In this document: piece after piece, positions 1 to 8,249 of the stretch
Layout: each line of letters begins with the position of its first letter
How positions within the stretch are numbered: position 1 is the stretch's first letter
DNA from: Candidatus Acetothermia bacterium
GTDB lineage: Bacteria > Bipolaricaulota > Bipolaricaulia > RBG-16-55-9 > JANLFV01
Assembly: GCA_024653345.1 (NCBI GenBank)
Contig: JANLFV010000005.1
Span: 790-64,789 of the forward strand
Direction of reading: 5' to 3'
DNA: 64,000 nucleotides
Position numbers and translations under genes: made by a program
Notes under the pieces: model-generated
Database searches by the model: none
The model's input: only the letters and a program-made list of their open reading frames with translations
Told to the model about the DNA's origin: nothing

Positions 1-132
1 AGGAGGCACAGGGCTCCCTTCATCTCCTGCCTCGGGGATGGAGGTGGAGATGGGCATCAGGCCCTCGCGGGGCAGGCAGCCTGTAAGGGGAAAGACCACG
101 AGGCAGAGGATTATCATGATAATTTGCTTCAT
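1..132 (-). CDS. Putative lipoprotein, N-terminal part only (runs off the window edge)
   Basis: ATG at 132 gives MKQIIMIILCLVVFPLTGCLPREG..., with a hydrophobic signal and LTGC lipobox. Frame is open to position 1. Confidence 0.55.
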   Translation of the reverse strand, partial: MKQIIMIILCLVVFPLTGCLPREGLMPISTSIPEAGDEGSPVPP

Positions 133-155
133 TTTCTCACCCCGAATGAGAGAGC

Positions 156-184
156 CGGGGAGGCGGGTTTCCCCCGCCTCCCCG
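156..184. terminator. GC-rich hairpin, possible terminator or stabiliser downstream of the S8 locus
   Basis: Perfect 12-bp stem cggggaggcggg / cccgcctccccg with a 5-nt loop. U-tract is weak. Confidence 0.45.
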
Positions 185-197
185 TGGATCTTCAGCT

Positions 198-716
198 TCA
201 CCTCGGCTTGGGCCGGAACTCCCCAGGGGGAATCCCCGGATTCTCTACCAATGGCTTCCGCTGAGCCGCGCTGAGGAAGTATTCCATGCCGTATGGGCCT
301 GGGAAGTCATTGCCCAAGGTCTGGACCGGCGTGACTGTGGTCCCAGTGATCTGGAAGACCGTCCACCAGTAGCCAGTTCCACTAGCATCGCAGGCCCTGA
401 AAGTCCCGACAAGGGCGCTCCCTTTGTATAGCCGGACCACAGCGTCGTCGTCACACCAGGATGTTTCTACACCATTAAAGTCGTGCACCGCGAAGGTGTA
501 GGTGCCGGTATATTTGGTCCGGAACACCGTGGTCTCAACGAACGGTGGCCACCAGGGCCGCCACGGTATCTCCCCAGGCTCGTCCCTTAGCAGCCGGGCG
601 AAGGGATGGACATTCAAGTTCCCTCGATCTAGCCAGAACACCATATACTTATTCCGGTCCGGAAGAGTAGGAGGAAGCCAGAGGTAGGAATCAAGGTCCC
701 AATGGTTCCATCCTCG
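198..716 (-). pseudogene. C-terminal domain of the S8 peptidase, cut off by an in-frame TGA
   Basis: Same frame as 717..2405. Reads VLE*RGWNHWDLDSYLWLP..., resembling the 'VLxW...DLD' motif of YfaP/DUF2135-like domains. Confidence 0.65.
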
Positions 717-2405
717 TCACTCCAGGACGGCTGTCCAGACATCGCTGGCCTGGGGCTTGGGCAGGGCGAAGAAGGGGAGCAAATTCCAGCACCCCTCGGG
801 AACTGACCAAGTCCTTTCATCGGCTGTGGTGATGTAGCCAGACTTGGAGGCAGTCACGGTGTAGTCACTTTGGGGTATGTTGGTGATGGTGAAGGTCCCG
901 TCGGCCCGGGTGGTGGCAGTGGGGGTGATTGTGCCGGACTTTGCGGTCACCGTGGCAGCTCCAAGGGGAAGGCCATTGTTCGCGTCCACGACCAAACCGA
1001 CGAGTGCCCCTCCCGCGGGCGGCATCGTCATCTTCGCCGCGAAGGCGCTATACAGATTAAGTTGTTTAACGCCATTCGGGAACGCGTGGCCATTGCATTC
1101 GTCAAGGTCGACGGGATCACCGGTCGTAGTGAGGAGGTCGGCTACCTGCTGACGAGTCAAGGTGGGCCACTTGCCCCACACTAAGGCCGCCGCCCCGGCC
1201 ACAAATGGGGAGGCCATCGAAGTCCCGTCGGACCAGTCATAATTAGGCTCGTAGAACCAAGACCCGGCTACTGGCGTAGTTGAGAAAATCCCCACACCTG
1301 GGGCAGCGATGTCCACGTAATCCCCGTAGTTAGAGAAACATGCTTTGCGGGTCCCTATCCAGCAGACATCTTGCCAGTTCAGCCACTCCTCCCATTTGAG
1401 TTCCGTTGCCCCCACCGCGAGGACATCAGGATAAGCTGCGGGGTAGAGTGGGTCTGTGATATCTTCGTTCCCAGCTGCGGCGACCACTAAGACCCCTTTG
1501 GTGTTCGTGGCATAATTGATGGCATCGGCGATGTATGGATCTGGCATGTAGCCACCCCAGCTCAGGTTGATGACCTTAACCCCAGAATAGTCGGCGGCAT
1601 AGACGATCCCCGCTGCGCCCGCGAAGATCGGGACCCACCATTCGCCGACCCGGATGGCGAGGACCTTGCTCTTCCCGGACACTCCGGCTACCCCAGAGTT
1701 GTTGTCGATGATGGCGGCAGCGATCCCGGCGACATGGGTTCCATGCCCAGTAGTATCCATTGGGTTCATATCGCCATCATAGTAGTCCGGCCCCTTGATG
1801 ACCTTGGCCGTGCCGAGGTCGGGGTGGGTGTAGTCCACCCCGGTGTCCACTACAGCCACGATGGGCGCGCTGGTCGGGAGCACTGAAGCCGCAATCTTAT
1901 GGAAATCGATAGCGAACATACCCCACTGCCAGTGGAAGTATCGGTCATTTGCAAAGTGTTCAGGGACAACAGGTTTGGCCTCCCTCCCCAAGAGCTGGTA
2001 TACATAGTTAAGCCCGACCGATTCTACATCTGGTTCCGCGGCGAGCTTGCCCTTCATCTCCGTCAAGTCCATCCCAGCTGGAATGCTAACCAGTATGAGC
2101 CTCAACCGGTTGATCCTCCCTCGCAGCACTAGTTTGTGCTTGTTGAGCAGGGCATTGATATTAGTCGTTGTGAATTTATCCGGCTTGAACTTCACAATGA
2201 GTTGGTCAGGGATGAACTTTATCGCTCGGGCTTCTACCGCTGTGAGAGCGGTAGGATAGGCCCCGGTATCCATCCAAACATCATCATTCACCGCTTCCGA
2301 ATCAAGGTCCTGAGGCAACAAACCGTCAAAGTAGGCGCAGCCACCCAACCATGCTACTGCAAGCATCAAGACGGCACATAATACTGAAACAATCCCAGGT
2401 TTCAC
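717..2405 (-). CDS. Subtilisin-family (S8) serine peptidase lipoprotein with propeptide and carboxypeptidase-regulatory-like domain
   Basis: Catalytic motifs VVDTG, GHGTHVAG, AAGN and GTSMASP. LGGC lipobox. Visibly more AT-rich than flanking core genes. Confidence 0.92.
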   Translation of the reverse strand: MKPGIVSVLCAVLMLAVAWLGGCAYFDGLLPQDLDSEAVNDDVWMDTGAYPTALTAVEARAIKFIPDQLIVKFKPDKFTTTNINALLNKHKLVLRGRINRLRLILVSIPAGMDLTEMKGKLAAEPDVESVGLNYVYQLLGREAKPVVPEHFANDRYFHWQWGMFAIDFHKIAASVLPTSAPIVAVVDTGVDYTHPDLGTAKVIKGPDYYDGDMNPMDTTGHGTHVAGIAAAIIDNNSGVAGVSGKSKVLAIRVGEWWVPIFAGAAGIVYAADYSGVKVINLSWGGYMPDPYIADAINYATNTKGVLVVAAAGNEDITDPLYPAAYPDVLAVGATELKWEEWLNWQDVCWIGTRKACFSNYGDYVDIAAPGVGIFSTTPVAGSWFYEPNYDWSDGTSMASPFVAGAAALVWGKWPTLTRQQVADLLTTTGDPVDLDECNGHAFPNGVKQLNLYSAFAAKMTMPPAGGALVGLVVDANNGLPLGAATVTAKSGTITPTATTRADGTFTITNIPQSDYTVTASKSGYITTADERTWSVPEGCWNLLPFFALPKPQASDVWTAVLE

Positions 2406-2742
2406 GGCAGTCCTCCCTCCTTATTAGACTGATGTGAAGCGATCATTTCGTGCGTTTACGTCACCTCTTTCCCGCGAGAGGTTATTATTCACTCGCAGCT
2501 ATATCATTATACCCGAACATCCAAGCTAGTCATCTCCAAACTTAGATAGACACGGCAGTTTCACCCTTTGACACCCTAGTCTATTGTTCAGCAGGGGGCA
2601 TCAGTCCAAACCCTTGAGCTGGCTCGAGGCGAGGCGGCAGGAGGCCAGGTCGCCTAAGCCGTGTGTCCTGTTGTGCGATCGGATTTCGGGATTAGGCGCT
2701 CAGAATTAGATTCGGATCACGACCCCATGGAAGCGGCAGAGC

Positions 2743-2907
2743 TCAGGCATCGGCTCTGGCCGGCCTGGGATCCGGGAAGATCTCCTCAGGGACCTTCCCT
2801 GTTAGCCTAAGGTAGAGCGCGTCCGGGCAGAGGGCGATCTCCTCCTCCCAGGCGATGGCCCCGGCCTCATCATCTATCCTGACCGCCTCGAAGAAGGCCC
2901 GGTCTTT
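2743..2907 (-). pseudogene. C-terminal remnant of a DUF2442-like antitoxin
   Basis: DRAFFEAVRIDDEAGAIAWEEEIALCPDALYLRLTG resembles the DUF2442 C-terminus. The 5' part is replaced by a palindromic repeat. Confidence 0.6.
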
Positions 2908-2926
2908 GCGCCCCGAAAGAGCCGCA

Positions 2927-2999
2927 GGGTCAGGTCTTGCAATGAGACATCTCCTGCTGCGCGGCCTGGGATGTTGCAATGCAAGACCTGACCCCAACT
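2927..2999. repeat. REP-like palindromic element, copy 1
   Basis: Perfect 15-bp inverted repeat gggtcaggtcttgca (2927-2941) / tgcaagacctgaccc (2980-2994). 2957-2999 is identical to 3759-3801. Confidence 0.85.
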
Positions 3000-3014
3000 G
3001 CTGAAGCCACGGGT

Positions 3015-3266
3015 TCAGCCTGTTAAACCCAGACGACGTAGATCTGTTTCGTCCCACCCGATGTCTCCAAGCAGAGCCCGCAGCATCTTCGGGCTGAAGA
3101 TCTTGCGCCTGTGATAGTGTATCGCTACGATGCGTGGCCCTTTGCGGAAGACGCGCCGTGATCCCCTACCCTTGCGCAGTTGCCAGCCATCGCGCTCCAG
3201 AGCCGCCATGAGCTCATCCGCGGTGATAGTCTTGATCTGGTCCCAAACCTGAGGAGGCCAGCTCAT
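3015..3266 (-). CDS. hicA: HicA-family toxin
   Basis: Small basic protein, ELMAALERDGW...GSRRVF...IHYH. Start overlaps the hicB stop. Confidence 0.75.
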   Translation of the reverse strand: MSWPPQVWDQIKTITADELMAALERDGWQLRKGRGSRRVFRKGPRIVAIHYHRRKIFSPKMLRALLGDIGWDETDLRRLGLTG

Positions 3267-3544
3267 CAAACCGAGATTGAGACCGGCTTCGTATATATCT
3301 GCACGCCGGGGGGAATAGCTTCCACCACTCCCGTGGGGATGGGATCGCCATCTTCGATGAGGACTTCTAGATAGAGCTGGGCCAGCTCTTGGGCGCGTTG
3401 GACGGCTTCAGCCGCTGTCGCTCCGTCGGCATGAAGCCCTGGCAGCATGGGGCTCCAGGCGTGATAGCGGTCTCCGTCGGGCTCAACGAGAAAGACGATC
3501 TGGAAGGTCAGTGTTCCTGCGTGCGGTTTGAGCTCTTGAGCCAT
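3266..3544 (-). CDS. hicB: HicB-family antitoxin
   Basis: EPDGDRYHAWSPMLPGLHADGATAAEA...EDGDPIP motif. GAGGAG RBS. Confidence 0.85.
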   Translation of the reverse strand: MAQELKPHAGTLTFQIVFLVEPDGDRYHAWSPMLPGLHADGATAAEAVQRAQELAQLYLEVLIEDGDPIPTGVVEAIPPGVQIYTKPVSISV

Positions 3545-3664
3545 AACAACTCCTCATTCCTTCATCTCATGGCAGCACCAGATCACCCTGAACCATCACG
3601 CCGGCAAGCACGCAGCAGTCAAGCGCTGCGATCGCGCTCTTCACGTTTCCCGCCTTCGCTTGCA

Positions 3665-3694
3665 ATTGTAGCACTTTCGGCCCCGCGTGGTCAA
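3665..3694 (-). promoter_or_regulatory. Sigma70-type promoter for hicBA
   Basis: TTGACC-18 nt-TACAAT on the minus strand. Confidence 0.55.
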
Positions 3695-3718
3695 TAGAGC
3701 GGGCAGTGCTGGGGCATC

Positions 3719-3801
3719 GGGTCAGATACTGTATCGCTCGTCAAGTTGCTACCCCCTCCTGCGCGGCCTGGGATGTTGCAATGCAAGACCTGACCCCAAC
3801 T
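3719..3801. repeat. REP-like element, copy 2 (degenerate left arm)
   Basis: 43-bp exact direct repeat of 2957-2999 at 3759-3801. Left arm reduced to GGGTCAG at 3719-3725. Confidence 0.8.
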
Positions 3802-3841
3802 CGTTAGCCTGAGGTAGAGCTTGCTGATGATCAGTATGGAT

Positions 3842-4404
3842 CTAGAACTTGACCCCGGGGGCTTTTCCGAGCCGGTGGGGGCCTCAAGGTAGGGAGCGGC
3901 CTCGAACCCGAACTGCCTCGCGATCAGATTCCCCGGGAACCGCCGGATCGCGGCGTTATACTCCTTCACTGAATCGTTGTAGCGCTTCCTCGCCACGGCG
4001 ATCCTATTCTCCGTCCCCGCCAGCTCGTCCATCAGCCGGATGAAGGTCTGGTTCGACTTCAAGTCGGGGTAGTTCTCTACGACCACGAGGAGCCTCGCTA
4101 AGGCCCCGGCCAGGGCCGCGTCGGCCTCGAGCTTACCCGCAAGGTCCTGCGCCCCGGCATACTGAGTCCGGGCGGTCGCGATCTCCTCGATGATCGTCCG
4201 CTCCTGGGCCGCGAACCCCTTGACCGTCTCCACGAGGTTGGGGATCAGCTCGAACCGCCGCTGGAGCTGGTTGGCGATCTCCGCTTGGCTATTCGAAATC
4301 TCCTCACGCATCGTCACGAAGCGGTTGTAGTTCCCCACGGTCAGGAAGTAGATGACCAACCCCAGGATCACGACCACGACCGCGACGACCAAGCCCTTCT
4401 TCAC
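3842..4404 (-). CDS. lemA: LemA family protein with a one-base frameshift four codons before the natural stop
   Basis: GTG start after AAGGAGG, N-terminal TM helix, QRRFELIPNLVETVKG, ENYPDLKSN and ENRIAVARKRYN. Natural end ...KPPxVKF-TAG (3844-3842) is out of frame. Confidence 0.9.
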
Positions 4405-4534
4405 CTTCGCCTCCTTGTGAGGGAGTCTAGCGTCTGGCCTAGGGCTTGTCAAAGGCGGCCGACTTGCAGCCGCGGGGGCTTTTGGTATATATTCGGGGTG
4501 CGAGGTGACTCTAATTCTTAACAGGAGGCCGGGA

Positions 4535-5764
4535 ATGGATGAATTGTTCTCCCGACGGACGCGGGCCGTCAAGCGCTCGGAGATCCGCGAGCTGTTGAAG
4601 CTGGCGGAGCGACCGGAGGTGATCTCGTTCGCGGGCGGCTTCCCCGACCCCGCGACCTTTCCCCATCGCGAGCTGGCCGCGGTCGCCCAGAAGGTCCTGG
4701 GCGAGGACTACGATCGCTCGCTCCAGTATGGCGCCACTGAGGGGGACCGGCTCTTCCGCGAGGCGGTCTGCGAGTGGCTCGGCCGGCAGGGGCTTGCGCT
4801 CTCCCGGGAGGAGGTGACGGTCACCAGCGGCTCGCAGCAGGCGATCGACCTGATCTGCAAGGTCTTCCTCGACCCCGGGGATGTGGTCTTCTGCGACCTT
4901 CCCACCTACCTCGCGGCCATCCAGTCCTTCACGGCCTTCGAGGTCGAGAAGGTGGGGATCCCCCAGCGCGAGGACGGGATGGACCTGGAGATCCTCGAGG
5001 AGAAGATCGAGGAGGTGAGCCGCCAGGGGAAGCGGGCCAAGCTGATCTACCTCGTCCCGGACTTTCATAATCCCACGGGGATCACCATGAGCCTGGTCAA
5101 GCGCCGCCGGGTCCTGAAGATCGCCGAGCGGCATAACTTGGTGATCATCGAGGACAACCCCTACGGCCAGGTCCGGTTCGAGGGCGAGCCGCTCCCGATG
5201 CTGAAGAGCCTCGATCGGACGGGAAGGGTCGTCCTGCTCCTCACCTTCTCCAAGATCCTCTGCCCCGGCCTCCGGCTGGCGGTGATCGTCGCGTCACCCA
5301 GAATCACCGAGCAGATCGTGAAGCTCAAGCAGCCCGCCGACCTCTGCAGCTCCTCCTTCACCCAGCGGCTGGCCTACGAGTTCATGACCAGATACGACTT
5401 TGCGGCGCACATCGACGAGATCCGCGCGCTCTACCGGGAGAAGCGGGACACGATGCTCGAGGCACTCGAGGCCTACATGCCCAAGCATCCCGGGATCCAC
5501 TGGACCAAGCCCCAGGGCGGGCTCTTCGTCTGGCTCACCCTCCCGGAGTTCGTCGACACTCGGGAAATGTTCCCCCGCGCGGTCGAGCGGAATGTGGCCT
5601 ATGTGGTGGGCTCGGCGTTCTTCGTCGACGGGAGCGGGCAGAATACGATGCGCCTGGCCTTCTGCGAGCCGACCCCCGAGCTGATCCGCGAGGGGATCAG
5701 GCGCTTGGCCGAGGTGATCGAGGCGGAGCTGAGCGTCGCCAGCGCGGCCGTCGCCTCTAAGTGA
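4535..5764 (+). CDS. PLP-dependent aminotransferase class I/II (LysN / 2-aminoadipate transaminase-like)
   Basis: ISFAGGFPDP, PDFHNPTG, IIEDNPY, TFSKILCPGLR and GGLFVW motifs. AGGAGG RBS. Confidence 0.9.
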   Translation: MDELFSRRTRAVKRSEIRELLKLAERPEVISFAGGFPDPATFPHRELAAVAQKVLGEDYDRSLQYGATEGDRLFREAVCEWLGRQGLALSREEVTVTSGSQQAIDLICKVFLDPGDVVFCDLPTYLAAIQSFTAFEVEKVGIPQREDGMDLEILEEKIEEVSRQGKRAKLIYLVPDFHNPTGITMSLVKRRRVLKIAERHNLVIIEDNPYGQVRFEGEPLPMLKSLDRTGRVVLLLTFSKILCPGLRLAVIVASPRITEQIVKLKQPADLCSSSFTQRLAYEFMTRYDFAAHIDEIRALYREKRDTMLEALEAYMPKHPGIHWTKPQGGLFVWLTLPEFVDTREMFPRAVERNVAYVVGSAFFVDGSGQNTMRLAFCEPTPELIREGIRRLAEVIEAELSVASAAVASK

Positions 5765-8249
5765 GCTGCCCCCACCAGGGGAGCTTCCGCAGGACGAGCT
5801 CCGAGACGAAGGCGAACAGCGCAAGAAGGAGTGAGACTGGCCGGAGGTTCTGGTATTGGCGGACCCCTTGGCCGCGGAGCAGCTCCTTGCTGAGGCCCTC
5901 CTCCGTCAGATACTGGCCCCCGGTCGCGGCCGCGATCTCCTCTAGCAGCAGTTCATCGATCCCGATCCGGCGATACTCCTCAGGATAGGGGACCGTAACG
6001 GCCTTCGTCGCGGAGGAGATCTCCTGCCCCTCCCCGGTCGCGGTGAGATTCACCAGGTAGGCCCCGGGCTGGAGGTCCTCGACCACGGTCTCGTAGCGTC
6101 CCGGGGCGAGCTGCTCCAGCTCGAGCTCCCTGGCTCCCTCGGCGGAGGAGAGCGCGCCCCGCACCTCGAGGAGGTTGGCCCACCGCCCGTCCTGAGCGAC
6201 CTCTGCTACGAGGCGGAGCGAGGAGCCCTCGACCTCGGCCGCGAGCGTGAGCTCCTCTCCCAGCGGCCGGCCCGAGGCCCGGCGGACGATCTGCATCATC
6301 AGGAGTGAGGCCCCCTCCCAGCTCAGCCAGCCCGCGGACCAGCGCCCCTCGAGGTCGGTGTTCACCACCCCTGCTCGGCCGAGGCCGTAGCTCCAGAAGC
6401 TGACCAGCGGATCGTCCTGCTCGGAGAGGAGGGCCACCTCGCTCGTCTCCTTGGGGTAGGTGACGATGTAGCCCCCCAGAGGAGGGATCGGCCCGAGCTC
6501 GCCGAGCAGCGCGGCTGACGGCCCGGGGAGGACGGCGATCTGCCCCTCGAGCCAGCGCTCGCGCCTCGTCCGCTCGACCTCCTGGAGCGTCACCCGCGGC
6601 AGGTCCTCGGGGTCCTCCACGAGGTAGACCTGGCCGCCGGTCGCCTCGGCCAAGCCCCTGAGGAAGGGCACGTCCGCGTCCTGGCCGATGGCGATGGCCG
6701 AGACGGTGATCTTCTCGCTCGCGATCTGCTCCAGAAGCTGGGGGAACTCCAGCTCGTGGAGCAGGGCCTTCCCGTCGGAGAAGACGATGATGTGCTTCAT
6801 CTTCGCCTCGACGGCTGCTATCTTCTGGAAGGCCTCCTCCAGCGCGGGGTAGAGGTCGGTCCCTCCCCCGGCCTCGAGGGCCGCGATCTGGCGATAGATC
6901 GGCTCCTTGTCCTCCGCCGGCTGGAGGGGGAAGAGCCACCAATGGGCGGTGTCGAAGGCCAGGAGCCCGAGCAGGTCCCTCTCCTCCAGGACCTCCGCGC
7001 TCGCGGCCGCGGCCTCCCTGAGGAACTCGATCTTCTTGCCGGTCATGCTCGAGGAGCGATCGAGGACGAAGACGATCGCCAGCGAGGGGGCCTGGGCCGG
7101 CTCGCGCCCCTCATAGGAGATCGGGAGGAGCCGCTCCAGCCCCGTCTCGCGGAGCCCCTCGACCGCCCGCTGGCCCTGGATCACCAGCAGGCCCCCGCCG
7201 GCCTGGAGGTAGCTGTCGAGGGCCTCGACCGCCCGCCCGCTGAGCCGGGCGAGCGGGAGGTTGTCCAGAATCACCAGCCGGTAGGGCGCCAGGTTGAGGA
7301 GGTCCCAGACGAAGCCGTCCGCGGAGGCGCGGGCGTATTCGTATCCCGCGGCCCGGAGGAGTTCCGCGGTCCCTCCTCCGGCCCCGCTCTGGAGGAGCAG
7401 GATCTGCGGCCCGCCCCGGACGGTCGTGATCGCCTCGAGCGAGTTGTTCTCCATGATCGTGTCACCGGCGGCGACGAGGTAGGCCCGATAGCGATGGAGC
7501 CCGCTCTCGCCGAGTCGGTCGCGGAGCTCGATCCTGTTCGAGCCCGGGAGGAGGCTCACCTCCCGAGTGCCCCACCACTCGCCGTCGCGGTAGAGGAGGA
7601 GCTGGGCCGCGCCCGCCCGGAGCGAGCCGATGGTGAGGGCCAGCCCGAACTCGGCCCCCGGCGGGACCTCCTCCGGGAGGGAGAGCGCCTCGAGCCAGAC
7701 CTCCTCTCCGCGGGGCCGGAGCGGGAGGACGGAGATCTTGACCCCCTCCCGGGCCGCGCGGGCCAGGACCGGGCGAAGGTCGCCCCTCGTGGGCAGCCCA
7801 TCGCTGAGGAGGACGATCCCTCGCCCGCCCTCCTTCGGCAGGCTGGCGAGCCCCAGCTCGAGCGCGGCGGCGAGGTCCGTCCCGTCCGGCGAGACGACGG
7901 CCGAGACATCCTCAAGATCGAGCCTGGCCTTCAGCCCCTGATCCACGGCCGCCTCCGCGCCGAAGAGGATCAGGCCGTAACGGAGGCCCTCGCGCTCCAC
8001 CATCAACGACCTCACCAGCTCGAGGAGTTCCTCCCGCGGACGGGCGATGCTTCCGGAGAGGTCGACGGCGAAGTAGAGGTTATTCTGGAGAACTCGCGAG
8101 GCGATCTCCGGCTCGGCCAGGGCCAGGAGGAGGAGGCCCAGCGCCACGCCCCGGAAGAGGGCGACTCGTCGCCGCTTGAGCAACCACCAGAGAAGCGGCA
8201 TGAGGGCCAGCAGGCCGAGCAGGGCCAGCGGCTGGGAGAAGCGGATCAA
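5757..8249 (-). CDS. Membrane protein with two vWA domains and a glutamine-amidotransferase-like domain
   Basis: MIDAS-like DLSGS and DRSSSM motifs, LLSDG and FSDG, terminal TM helices. In the MoxR operon. Confidence 0.85.
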   Translation of the reverse strand: MIRFSQPLALLGLLALMPLLWWLLKRRRVALFRGVALGLLLLALAEPEIASRVLQNNLYFAVDLSGSIARPREELLELVRSLMVEREGLRYGLILFGAEAAVDQGLKARLDLEDVSAVVSPDGTDLAAALELGLASLPKEGGRGIVLLSDGLPTRGDLRPVLARAAREGVKISVLPLRPRGEEVWLEALSLPEEVPPGAEFGLALTIGSLRAGAAQLLLYRDGEWWGTREVSLLPGSNRIELRDRLGESGLHRYRAYLVAAGDTIMENNSLEAITTVRGGPQILLLQSGAGGGTAELLRAAGYEYARASADGFVWDLLNLAPYRLVILDNLPLARLSGRAVEALDSYLQAGGGLLVIQGQRAVEGLRETGLERLLPISYEGREPAQAPSLAIVFVLDRSSSMTGKKIEFLREAAAASAEVLEERDLLGLLAFDTAHWWLFPLQPAEDKEPIYRQIAALEAGGGTDLYPALEEAFQKIAAVEAKMKHIIVFSDGKALLHELEFPQLLEQIASEKITVSAIAIGQDADVPFLRGLAEATGGQVYLVEDPEDLPRVTLQEVERTRRERWLEGQIAVLPGPSAALLGELGPIPPLGGYIVTYPKETSEVALLSEQDDPLVSFWSYGLGRAGVVNTDLEGRWSAGWLSWEGASLLMMQIVRRASGRPLGEELTLAAEVEGSSLRLVAEVAQDGRWANLLEVRGALSSAEGARELELEQLAPGRYETVVEDLQPGAYLVNLTATGEGQEISSATKAVTVPYPEEYRRIGIDELLLEEIAAATGGQYLTEEGLSKELLRGQGVRQYQNLRPVSLLLALFAFVSELVLRKLPWWGQLT

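Noticed and set aside
2927..3801. CRISPR array or integron attC array
   Set aside because: Only two copies about 800 bp apart, with no cas or integrase gene and no clear attC core sites.
3691..4572. 293-aa LemA as given in the ORF track
   Set aside because: The N-terminal extension lies upstream of the RBS-supported GTG at 4404, and the C-terminal extension results from the frameshift.
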